64,000 bases of DNA from Trichoplax sp. H2. Taxonomy: Eukaryota. The translations under genes and the position numbers were made by a program. Position 1 is the first letter of the stretch. Every line of letters begins with the position of its first letter. This document shows, in pieces, positions 39,801 to 51,200 of this stretch. The notes under the pieces were generated by a model, which worked only from the letters and a program-made list of their open reading frames with translations, had not been told where the DNA came from and did not search any database. The stretch is from the NCBI GenBank assembly GCA_003344405.1, contig NOWV01000100.1, positions 124,001-188,000 on the forward strand, given 5' to 3'.

Positions 39801-40253
39801 ACATACCTAGCAGCAGATAGATTAGATGATGCATTAAAAATTTGCAACAAATGCTTAAAAATTCAACGGCAAATTCTTGATGACAACCATCCCGCTTTAG
39901 CTAAAACCTATTATAAGCTGGGGATAATTTATCTACAACAGGACAATCATAAGGATGCTCTGAGCATGTTTCAGCTATCTATTGATATCCAAAATAGAAA
40001 TGATGACGATAACGATGCTCTGTTAGCCAATTGTTATCAAAGCATTGCTTCGATCTATAAGCTAAGCGGTAATAAAACTTCAGCAATCATGATGTACGAT
40101 AAATGTTTAAACATTCAGAAAACTCTATTTGGAGAAAGTTATCCAAATATTTCCGAAATTTGTCAAGAGCTGAATGAAATCGCTATAACCGACTCGCGTA
40201 AGTTCTACAATATTGAAAAAATAATTAGCCCACAATGTGAATTTTATGTGTAG
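36840..40253 (+). CDS. Large intronless tetratricopeptide-repeat protein (42-aa, kinesin-light-chain/nephrocystin-3-like TPRs)
   Basis: A 3.4-kb ORF with first ATG at 36840. The consensus A.TY.NIG.IY..QG.YD.AL.MY.KCL.IQ...LG.N recurs about every 42 aa, roughly two dozen times. No other domain is recognisable. Confidence 0.95.
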   Translation: MNVKIKNRSQHAIANENFNNGNYQAALTLYMQILEDCRKVDHQIDKATQADLCNANLNVAKAHCMLYHSQQANHFCCQSHQLAKQLTDNHLIVAEYHDCSGDIKRLAGRYCEALVEYQESFSTRISVKGEDNPSTAKSFNKIGKILYLQQKYNESLHMQQKARNILLLQVDNNNIPNIDIAEVYSDIGMVYMSQGNLLDASILFEKSLLVIIKILGENNLRVADIYNKLGSVYLMQNQLEEATAMFKKASNIINEIIGLNTLEAATTFNNFARIQLAQGKYDEAELMCSKSLSIQIVRLGNNHLKIAETYTTLSQVYKGVKKYNEAIDALQKVINMQRMILGDRHLIIAESYFNIGEIYDLQASYDDSLLFYQVCLKIRLEISGDMDENVAKTYHRIGLAQFSLGEYNNALNHYHHGLRCYLEMIGFQNLTVASLLNDLGLANQKLENYNEAISVHSQAISIQRRLLGQCNSSLASSYNSIAIAYQLNGNFNQAICMLQKKLKIQLVLLGKNDTKIANTYSNLGSLYQLQGKYVDALVMYKKCKKILLKVLGNNNIDLAESHRNIGFIYILQGRYDDAMSLLRQSLQIYYEKLGQNDLEVVKVYENIGSIYNCQRDFSSALGAYRKCLAIKLTLLGNNHFDLAVTYSDIASIYYSIAQFDQALGSYEKCLKIQENHLGLDHLQVATTYYNIGKIYYLQNKQDTALAMYNKCKNIQLKSLGEKNPTIAKLYISIGLVHVSKEQYEDAMLLYQKGLAIQIKYLGSNNSQTASTLSNIASVYKAQNKFDDAISLYNNCISIEEELSGDHHGCMIILYQNLASTYESCDKLDDAIKAYHKCLNIQQHLFGENSLHVASTFNDIASIYVKQSKHNDAAFQCEESIKILNKALGDKSLLVVTMYNKLANIYAEQGHIDKALTTLHQSLDIFLALRKEKSSKNETILFRDALECKQQFKCFDQMSLLQKTVDIQQNFLGDYNSLVSMSNHNSGSTYLAADRLDDALKICNKCLKIQRQILDDNHPALAKTYYKLGIIYLQQDNHKDALSMFQLSIDIQNRNDDDNDALLANCYQSIASIYKLSGNKTSAIMMYDKCLNIQKTLFGESYPNISEICQELNEIAITDSRKFYNIEKIISPQCEFYV

Positions 40254-43200
40254 TAATTTGTCTTATATTCTTCAAGTGAATAACGCCTGTAATACTGCAT
40301 ATTTTATCTAGCAAGAAATCAAACTTCTTTATTCAAGAATTGTAGACAAAGCTAAGAAATTAAGACGTACATTCAGGAAAAGTATTCATGTATTTCTTAA
40401 GGTATAACAGGACATTAGCATAATATATTTGAGGTATAAGTATTACTTTATGCACTTACTGAACAACATTCATGAATTACTTGTATATATACAAACGAAA
40501 TAATACATTGTAGCAAGGATAATGCCTATACCAGTGCGTAATTTAATACGGTAGTAAAGTAAATTCAACATTTGATAAATAATAATCAGATAAAGGCATT
40601 TTAACTCGAACAAATACTGTGTGCAGTAACACTTATACAGATAATTTTCTACCGTCAAGAAAAGTTCGTTATGATACCCAATTAGTCTTACGTAACAGAA
40701 TTTGTACCGGAATTTTCAGATTACCGATGATATAAACTATTTTTGGCAAGTTCAAATACATGTATTACTTAATTTCACTAATAGAAACTATATTACAAGA
40801 TCATAGTATCTATTCGGTTGAAATATGAAAAAGGGATACTGTTAAATTTCTTATCCGTAAACTTACATTTATCATCTGCTGTACAATTGTATACTTAGCA
40901 GATAATTTTATTTTTATTTCAGACAAATAATAATTCTATCACGTAATTAAAAAACGATGATAGCATTCATGAAATGATAAATAACTTGATCAACTTCTAC
41001 TAAATTTAATGTAGCATAAGGGTATATATTGTATAAACTTGCATGAATTATGTTATACTTTTATAAATCGTAACTATTTTCATTCTAGAATATCAATTTT
41101 ACTTGAAATTGATTTAAGGTTAAATAGCTAGGTCTACCATGATTTGTATAGATAATTGTATTGCTGGAGCAATAAAATTGCTGTAGATGAATCTGCATGT
41201 TGTATTTAGCTGCAATTAACTGAAAAGCCATTTTTAACGATACTTATTTGTATCACTTATAACATTCAATGTTAATCTCTTGAATAAATGCGCGTATGTC
41301 TTCATAATTTTAACTTGTAGCGATTTATATATTTTTTTCTGGTACTTAGTTCGAATAGCCTTAGATAATTATGTCTAAGATCTTTAGTTTGCTCTAAAAA
41401 ATAATGTCATTACGATCTCACTCCATGATGAATTCCCTGTGCGCACTTATTTCATTTAGCCCGGACTAATTTTAGCTATCAAGTAAAACAGGATCCATTT
41501 TTTATAAGTATTAAATTAGAATCGCAAAATTCAATATGTTACTAGTACAGAAAGAAAAAATAGTATTGAATATGAATTTAGATAAACATACACACTAAGT
41601 AGAGGATATTGCCATAAGATCTCAATTGCTAATTACAACATAGCATGAAAGTCATTTCTTGGGAACAGAGTTAAGTGCGTAATATCGAGCTTTGTAGAAT
41701 AATTTTATGAAGTTGCATTCACAACTACGGTTTCTGTTAAAAGCGATGCAAATTATGTATCAGACTTTCTTATATCAGTTTAAGACGGAAAATACTATGA
41801 ACCTTAATACTTTATACATAAATACATATTTAGCGATTACTTAATTCTAGGTTACAATTTCTCGTACTAGAACTCATGATTAGTAGAATATTTTAGATAT
41901 CCGTATACCCGTATCCGAATGTTCTGCCTAGCGATTCCAGGCTGAAAATTACGATCTTTCAACCCAAGAAATAATAATACGTAGCAACAATAAGTACATA
42001 TCCATAACATATTTTCCTCAAATGATACAGCTATATTGAGATTTTAAGATGAAGTAAAGATAGCAGTGAAAATCCTATCTTTCCGTTTATAAGTTTGTTT
42101 ACGCTCTTTCTTTTATGCGATATAAATATATATTGCAAAAGGAAATTTATAATACACATCCTTTTAGAAAATTAGTATGTTATAGGCTAAATTTATTAAT
42201 GAAGGAGAAATGGTACAAGTAATCTGTTCACCACTTGCATAATATGGGTTTACAATTAATGTCTTATTGACTATGAATTGCACTGGCTGGTGCAATCGGA
42301 AAATATAAAGTTAATCTTAATTTACTATCTAATTTAAGAAACGATACTAAATTCCCATAAAACTACGTACATTCTCATACTGATGATAGACTACGGAATT
42401 TGATGGAACGTTATTCTAATTGTGAGTTATTTCGGCGAGAAAAGTATGAGCAGGATAGCTAAAGTGAACGAAAATCTATAGGTTGTTAAACGTATGTTAA
42501 CAGAATGCAATTTACTTTATATATGCGATAGAACTGTTGAGTTGATTTCAATAACTATCTATAAGTCTATAAGATATTGACTTATTTTCAAAATAGTAAA
42601 TAAAATGGAATAAGATTTAGCTGAATAATTAGAGAGTCTAGACATACTTTGATGTCAGTGTCTAAATAGTTCATTTTTAATTTGCATAAGAAAACAAATC
42701 TTTTAGAAAGCCATTGTCCAAATTTAGTTTATTCCCCTCAAGATAGATATTTTTATCAATATTAAGATTAAAGTGATGTTGATATACGCGTAATATAAAA
42801 ATTTTCTCATCTATCTAGTTATCAGAAAACATTTTCCGAGTATTAATATCATTATCGAATGATATAATTAAAATTCTTTAATATGCGTTGTCATAGATTA
42901 ATTATGTGGGAAGTACAGTAGGTTATCAAAGTACCTTAATTGTCGCCAACAAATTGCCCCTGGAAACATAAAGCCTAACTCTAATTTAGCTTCTAGCTAA
43001 ACTGCTGTATATAATTGTATAATTTTACATCAAGGTCAATTAATTAAGCTAAAATTTTGCCTTACATTTTATCAATATTATAATCTTTAACTTTGTGACG
43101 ATCGTATTGACGTGAAATTCAATTGATTAAGAAATTACCATTCAAGTGGCTTACGATATATAACTGAAGAATAGGATGAAGCAAAATTTTTTATTAGATT

Positions 43201-45477
43201 ATATCAAATTGTGATTTTAGGTTAATAGGATTTATATAACATAAAAATTGAAAATTTTTCATTACTTTTATTAGTAATCATTGAATATATTGCAGAAAAT
43301 TAAGATAGGTCAATATTGCCATCATCTTTCAATATGACACGCAACGGATTAATTGGACATGTGTCTGACAAATAATTACCATAAAAAAGAGCATTTTATC
43401 ATGGAGAATTATATGCAATTTCTTTCGCTAGATGCTTGCTAATTTGATGTTTACTGTTTCATATCATAATCTGTGCAAATTGATGTAAATTTTTTACTGG
43501 GTTTTTTCGATAATTATAGACTATGTATGACATGATAACTTCACATCATTTGGTCTATGAAGTTTATTTTTAAATTAATTTAAAACGAATAGACAGGTAT
43601 AAAATACACGTATAAAAGATTAACAAATAACCTTTACAGGAACTTGGTATTTAAAATTTCATGACAAAGCAAGAAAAGGATTCCTCTTAGTTACATCCAT
43701 ATTAATCATGGCGATTATTTTTCTACGTAATTTCCTGCTCATAAAACATTAACTTTTTCCGTTTTTTCCAAAAAATTATATTCGACATTGTTTATATCAT
43801 TTAGACAACATCGAATTAGTTAATACATTGGGATTCATAATCAAAAATCTAAGTATTAAAGATTTTCAAATAGCGAATTAAGAGGCCTGTTCTTCGCTAC
43901 TGAAATTGTAGTCACAAAAGAGCATTTGAGTAGAACATTTAACTGCATACTTTATGATTACTTAATGATTACGTTATATGTACAGTATTAGTGCTTTCGT
44001 ATATTGATAAGCAGAATTGAAGGAAAGAATTGAAATTTCGTTGTGTTTATGTGAAAGTCCAGGACTGGACTGTACTGAGGGCTATTTTAAGGTATAATTA
44101 TTATCCATAACATTACTTCCTTTCGATTTTATCGATTTAGGTTTGCTTTTGATATCAAAATATTGCGACATACATGAAAAATTTACCAATTCATAATTTG
44201 AATAGGCTTTATGCAGCAAGATTAATACTGTTTACGATCTGATACAATACAAAGAGTATCAAATATCTATTGTTTGCGCGAATTATTCCCTCAAAATAAT
44301 TCCATTATGATATAGAGTATAAAGCGCTGCTATCGCATTAATTGCAATTCATTATGAATTAATATCAATATTCTCAGTGAAATAGTCATGATTTTGACGC
44401 TTATAATACTAGCATCCTAACAATAAAATCAGAATTTCAATGATTTAAGAATAAAGGAAGTAATAATTAAGTAAATTAAATATATTGAATATAAATAGAT
44501 AAAATAAAAAATATTAGAGCTATCTACCGTTTACAAGATAAAAATTTAAGTATTACACTAGTTTACGTGACTAACCGTGTAAATTAATTAAAATACAATT
44601 CGCTTTAGTTTAATTTCGGGATGTCGAAGCCTTCAAAATAAAATTCTAAACTGTTGCTGTTGTAGTTTATGTCACCTAATTACTATAAAATATTATAATA
44701 CAATATTAGAGTTAGCGAATTTATAACGCTATGTTAAGTAGAATAATTTCAAAAACTACAACATTACAATAATCATTCACTTATTTTCTATCTAATATCA
44801 GAGTATCGAATAAATATTTGATTATGCTCTGGAGAACGAATAGTAGATAGCGTACTCACTCATATAAGATTTTGCGGTTAACTGTAAGTGCCGGCACGAT
44901 CAAGCATTGCACTTCTGCAAATACGATGTTCTTAATACTCAGCTAACAATTGCGGACTTCTCTTACAAACACAAACCAATACCCTCTATTTAACGTAACA
45001 GAAACATTAGAGAAGGTAGTCTTAAAAATTTGACCAGATCTAAATCGTTAATAGGTATGTGCCTCATTTTATCGGTACCTTTGGAAATCATCTAACCATC
45101 AGCATTAAATGAATTAAATGTTCAATCCTTATATTCAGTTGTATTTGCTAATCAAAGTATCAGCATATTTTTTAACATGCTATTGAAAAATAGGTTTGGA
45201 TATAATCTTTCGACTTTTCTAGTCTTTGAGAGCAAGGCAGTAATTATATTACTGTAAAAAATTTTCCCTACGCCGATCAGATATCAAATAGTTTACTAAG
45301 GAAACAATGTGAAAATTCTCTTTATTAGCGACCAAGTAATTTAATCCTTAATGTCATTTCAGATTAACTTGCTTTAATGACAGCTAGAAACATCACGATA
45401 TTTGAGTACATTCACAAAATCAATCCATTAATCATAAATAAGTAAACATCTTGCCGACTGTAATGAAATGACAAGTG

Positions 45478-46437
45478 TAGAGATCAAGCTACAAAACTTT
45501 AACAAACTTTGATTTCACTTTCGTTGCACTCCGGTCGACTTAGCAAAACTTTGACACCAAATAAAATTTGAGGAAATAACCGAACAACAATTTATTACAA
45601 AACAAAAATGGAGAGAAGTATAAACCGAACAACCTTACAAATACTTAGCTTTAGGTATTATTATTATAAATGACAGACTTAAAAACTGTCAACGACCAAA
45701 CAACCTTTCAAAAAGAAGAACGTTTTAACTTACGACAATTTGACCCCGAAGGCCTTTTAAATTCAATAAGTTCTTCAAATAAAATCTTCTTCTGCTCTTC
45801 CTCCAAATTTTCTAATTGCATTATCATTTATAGGCTTCGTAGAGCCGTCAGAGGTATTTAAAACTAAACATTTGCTAACCAACCGCTCTTAAGATCCGTT
45901 TTAGAAAACTACTTTGCACCGTTTATCGCCATTTAAGTAAACAAAAATCATTCAAAGTTCAGACACAATTTACCCTACGATTCCCTTACAAAACACTATA
46001 AAACTAACAAGCTAACTATAAAAATACATCAAAACTTCACTTCTAACATAATTTCTATCATTAATACACTATAAAAGTCTAAAAATCAACCTTTAAACAT
46101 CAAGATTTAGTCATAAAAATAACATTCTAACTACTTAACAATCAACACAACCTCTGCCAATTTCCATCTTATTTTCTATTTTTCCTCACTAAATTCTCCT
46201 AATGTGACTTCAAGTCACGTCATAAAATTCCAAAGTTTCAAATTCATAACAAAAAGTCCAAATTTCAAAAATCAACTCTTACGATATTTTTCATAAACTT
46301 AAATCCAAAATTTACAACAGAAAAATTATATGACATAAATTAAAACAGGAAAATTATATCGGACACAAACCCGACCGGTTCCAGAATCCGAAAATTATAT
46401 CGGACATAAATCCGGAAAAATTCGGTTTTTATAAAGA
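45478..46437 (-). mobile_element. Candidate non-autonomous Helitron-like element
   Basis: A compositionally distinct ~960-bp block that is strongly G-poor on +. The minus strand begins a|TCTTTATAAAAACCG. A subterminal direct repeat GAAAATTATATCGGACA occurs at 46349 and 46390. An imperfect stem GAGATCAA...TTGATTTC sits at the other end, which terminates in CTAC rather than the canonical CTRR. Confidence 0.4.
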
Positions 46438-48762
46438 TCACAGTAATCGCTTATCGAAAAAATTTATATGACTATTACGACTACTTTTCTGACATTAGTA
46501 TCGCTTAGTATTCGCGAGTATTGACAGTTGTTTAGCGTCAGATTGTACTGTAACTGTACGATTATAGACTACTGTACATTACAGTACTTTATCGTCATGT
46601 TATAAATCCCCTTTCTCTAAGGATAGGGTTTTGCTACTAAGTCAAATTCCTTTACAATTTGAATAGACGATCAAACGCCCTTTCTTTAGATTAGCCATTT
46701 GCTCTAGGGCTACTTCGATAGTAATCTATATAATACCTTGTAAAATAATGAAGAAGAAAAGATGGCGACATGATGATTTGGCAGGGTAAAACTTTAAGAC
46801 ACTATCACTTTCTAGGTATTTTCTATAGTAAAATAATACTAGTTACATACTAAAAGCTACAAAGGACTCTACTTTTAGTCCTTTACTACACGGCAATTAC
46901 TCAATAAGTTATCTCTCTTTATGTGAGTAACGAAAGCATAATAAAAATATAATAATAAGCTCTAACTTCTATTGAAATTATAGGTATAATAAAACCATAT
47001 TATAGGTCTGGCGTGGATATTAAACGGCTTTATCTAGATTCAATATTGAGTAGTTATATCGATATTTTATAAAGTAATGATCAACCATCACAGTCTGAAA
47101 AACGAAACACCATCAGTTATCTTGTTTTACACAATAGCCCAGATGCATTTTATTTTATGGTAAATAACACGAAGCAGGTTATTGCTTCAAACTTGCTTTT
47201 CAGAATATAGATAATTTAATTATTATTACCTTTAAGGTGAATATGCAGTAAATATATAATTTCAAGCTAAAGTTATCGTCAGGATAACTTTAGGTAATGT
47301 AATTCTAACGCCGATATGAATTCAAATGGGCGTTATGCTTACTGCATGCGTTAACTTAACGTTGCTGATTTTTAAATAATTACCAACCATAGCTCGACTG
47401 GAAAATAGAATAATATTAACAAGATTATTTCTTTGAAACCTTACAAATTATGCGCAAGCTACTTAAACTTGGATATTCATTATTAATAACTTTGTTGTCC
47501 TAAAGAATGTACGAAGGTGAACATAACGTAGTGATAACATTTTATCGCAACTGATATAAGGATCCATTGCAATGTGAATTATTCCATAAGCACTGTAAAT
47601 AATGTCTCAGAATAACACGGATCGAAATTAATATCACAATTAAAAATCGAATAAGTATCATTCATCACAATGAAATATCATAATTAAAAACACATGTTAT
47701 GCACGAGTAATATTAAATATTTAATATTAACACATAAATAGAATTATTTCGGTAAAATGCAATTTAAAAAAATGTAAATGTTAACAGAAGGAAAGTTTCA
47801 TGTACCTATCTATCGTAAGTTTTTCGTTATCAAAATTTGGCAGACATATTATTTTAGGTTATTAGGAAGACCTGATCTTCCAATCGGTAAATCTTTACTT
47901 TATTTCCAATCACATAAGCGTTTATACAACGAATCAGTAGATCTCTTATACCTAGCTGTGTGTTAGCAAATAATAATTATATTTTATTAGTTTGCTCGGT
48001 AAGTATCTGACTGTGTCTACAACAATATTATACTGTAATCAAAACAATCTATTAGTCATAAATATAAGTTGACTATAAGGCTAAAATCATTCGGTAGTCA
48101 CATTTCAATTCTTACTGCACATCTTATTACGAAGCTTAGCAAATTAAGAGTAGTTTTTGTAATTAATTTATTATGAATATTGATATGTAATTAGTATATA
48201 CTTAATATAATAATTTATTGATAGATACTGCATACGATAATATTATCCTTAAAAAGATAAAGTATTCTATCTAGTACGGTACATTGAATTCTACCGGAGA
48301 AAATACTTCGGAATCCAAGGTAATGTTTATTAATGATCTGCCATTTTTAAATCGTACGTATTAATACCAGAGTGGTAGATTTTTAGGTTACTACGGCCTC
48401 ATCCTGGTTAAAATTCGTATCCTTAGATCAGTTATTATGTTACAATGCTGATAAACTCTGCAATTTTGCTGAAATTCTGCTTTATCCTTGATTCTATTTC
48501 TTAATTTTTTTTAAATTAAAAGAATGTTCTAACTCACAGTGAGCAGCACCTACTTAGCGCTAGATATTCAGCTTTCGGACTATTATTTGTTGATTTATTG
48601 TAATATAGATCATAAGCTCAAGCTATCAACTTCCCTGGGGTAAACTACATTGACAAATCTGAACGAAAATTTCCCGCATAGAAAACTTCGCAAATTAGAT
48701 AGTAACAAATCAGTTCCCGTATATAAACGTGTTCAAATTATTCGAAGTTTACGCTATATATT

Positions 48763-49802
48763 ATGTCAGCCAATAATATCCAACTCAGCAATGAAACAAA
48801 CCATCAACTGGTATCGCTATTAGGACTTCGACTTATTGTCGGTATACCTTCAGTTATTATTTTTATCGGTGGTTTGATTGGAAATATATCTACTGTATTT
48901 ACTATCATTCGATACAGAAGAACGACAACCAAAGATCTCATGTTCTACTTAGTTGCTAATTTAGCAATGTATGATATTCTTGTCATGTTATTTGCTTTAC
49001 CAATTACAGTTATCCGAAAATTAGCTTTCACATGGCCGTTTGGAGCTTTCCTGTGTTATACTATAAATGGTTTCCCTCCTTTCTCGGGAATAGGCTCAGT
49101 AGTAACTATGGTTTCTATAGCAATCGATCGCTACTATGTCGTTTTACATGCAGCAAATCCAAATCCGAAAGAGAAGAAAAAGGGGCTAATTCTTTCAGCA
49201 ATATTTATAACAGCGCTAGCCGTTGCTTCACCAGCATTTATATTTTCAAAATATGATGACTCTCAATCAACTCCTTATTGCGATATTGTTTTTTCTACTG
49301 ATTCTGCCGTTCAAATTATCGGATGGCGAATTTATATTACATTATCGAGTATTCTGATTTTATTTCTACCAGTTACGGTCGAATTAATCATATATGTGAA
49401 GATTTTACTGGTTTTACGGCAAAGATCGAAAAATATTACAACCCGATTCAATTATGCATATGTTAAAGCTCATAAGTATACCATCAAATTGATGTTGTTA
49501 ATGACTATTACTTACATTTTTACCCATGCTCCACTATTTATTTGCTATCTTATATATCATTATCAAGGTATATCAACCGAAAATGTTATACTATTTTAAC
49601 TCATATTTGTTATCGCACATTTTTATGTTTTTATTCTAAAAGTTTAATTAACCCTATAATTTACACTGGCTTTATTCCTAAACAAAAAGAGCGACATATT
49701 TATATATTTAGCTTTCAATTTTTAAGGCCTTGTCTGTCGAAGAATTGTAGCTTGAATTTCAAACGAAATGCTGTTGCTCCTAAAACCATCTCGACGACAT
49801 AG
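48763..49802 (+). pseudogene. Class A GPCR pseudogene, paralogue of 53661-54698
   Basis: Aligned to the paralogue, it has CAA->TAA at 49597-49599 and a +2 T insertion at ~49621-49624 (CATTTTTATGT vs CATTTATGT). TM7 (LCFYSKSLINPIIYTGFIP) continues in the shifted frame to TAG at 49802. Confidence 0.85.
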
Positions 49803-50908
49803 CGGCCAAATAAATAACTGTTAAATAATGTTGAAAATACGGTTATTACTTTTTATACCATCTCGCGCTCTTTTAACTTCCATAACAGCAGAATTATTGA
49901 CCAATTACTTTATTTAATCTAGATAAATATCATGATAGTATTTAATTTTTGTTCGAAACCGTGCCCGGGTATTTATCGTGAATCTTTGCCAGCGCGATTT
50001 CGCACGAGTTTTGTTTAACTAAAGCTTGGTTTTTGATTACCCAATGGTCAGCGCTAAGAATAACTCTTTACCAATGATATCATTCTAGAGAGTATTCTCG
50101 ATACTATAACAAGGATGTTCACTGAAGAATTGGAAATGAACTATAAAAATCAAAATCAGTGAGTACTAAGGGCACATATGTTCCTTAGTACACTTAAAGA
50201 AATGGTTGTTATTTTCACTGACGTCAAGTAGAGCACTCGCTACTCATTCCATAAGTGCTGTAGTGATGCATAAGTTTTCAACAAGTGCCAAGAATTTAAA
50301 ATCTAGCTTATAGTTAAACAAATTATACGCATACAAGTGCGGATACTAGTAAATATATACGCGGATATATACATAATACACCTAGTTTGGGCCATATACG
50401 TCACTTATAACGTATCCGGACATGAAATTAGCCTGCTTATCATTCCATAGTTTCCGTACTAAAGAATTATTTGTGAACAACAGTTTATCATTCTAATCAA
50501 TTTTTGGATCATTCACATCCTTTTAAAGCATGGATTACAAGATTGGCCACTGTTGTTCCAGTAAAGTAGTAGAAATTTTATTATAAGAACATATTATCCT
50601 ATAGTACCGTAATTAATCAGTAGAGATTACTTACATCGTGAATTTTTGCTCAGAATCTGCAATGTCCACGAGATAGATACTCTAAACCATCCTGAAGTTG
50701 ATGCTCTGCAATTATTTAAGCTTCTGTAATGTCGGTTTTTGAAACTATAGATATACTTAAAGTAATCAAAATTTGCCAAGTCTTATACCTTTGGTGCACT
50801 AATTGCTAAACTCAATCAGAGGCCATATAATGCGCATACATCCAAATATTGTCATGATAAAGGGAGATCCAAACATTGTTGCAAACCAGTCTATTACTGA
50901 AATTACAT

Positions 50909-51200
50909 TGTGATGGAGGGTTCGATATCTCGGAAGATTGAGATTTAGTTGCCATTTACAATTAGTACAGTACACCAAAAGTTGTATAAAAGTTATACTT
51001 TATTTTAAGCAGTAAAGTAAGTACGGTGAGGTAGTTACGATAGATCAGCGTGAAAGCTGTCGTGAGTAACGTGTGAAGACTAACTAGGAAACTAACGATT
51101 TCTGAGGTGGGAAACGGCGGTATTTATAGTTTTAAAGATAGAGCACATGCAAAGAATAGGATTATAGAATTAGATACAACATATACCATAACAGGTTACA
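50909..51200 (-). mobile_element. Candidate solo LTR
   Basis: The minus strand reads TGTAAC...ATCACA and is flanked by ACAT on both sides (50905-50908, 51201-51204). On the minus strand, TATAAATA (51121-51128) lies upstream of AATAAA (~50998-51004). The right boundary is ambiguous. Confidence 0.35.

Noticed and set aside
46770-46777. ATGATGA as a snoRNA box C
   Set aside because: I found no suitably placed box D with a terminal stem.
48417-48424. Isolated GTATCCTT motifs (also near 61024 and 63270)
   Set aside because: There are no flanking exons or branch site to support an intron.
49032-49256. Alternative-frame 74-aa ORF 'conserved' with 53930-54154
   Set aside because: The similarity follows from nucleotide identity of the GPCR paralogues.
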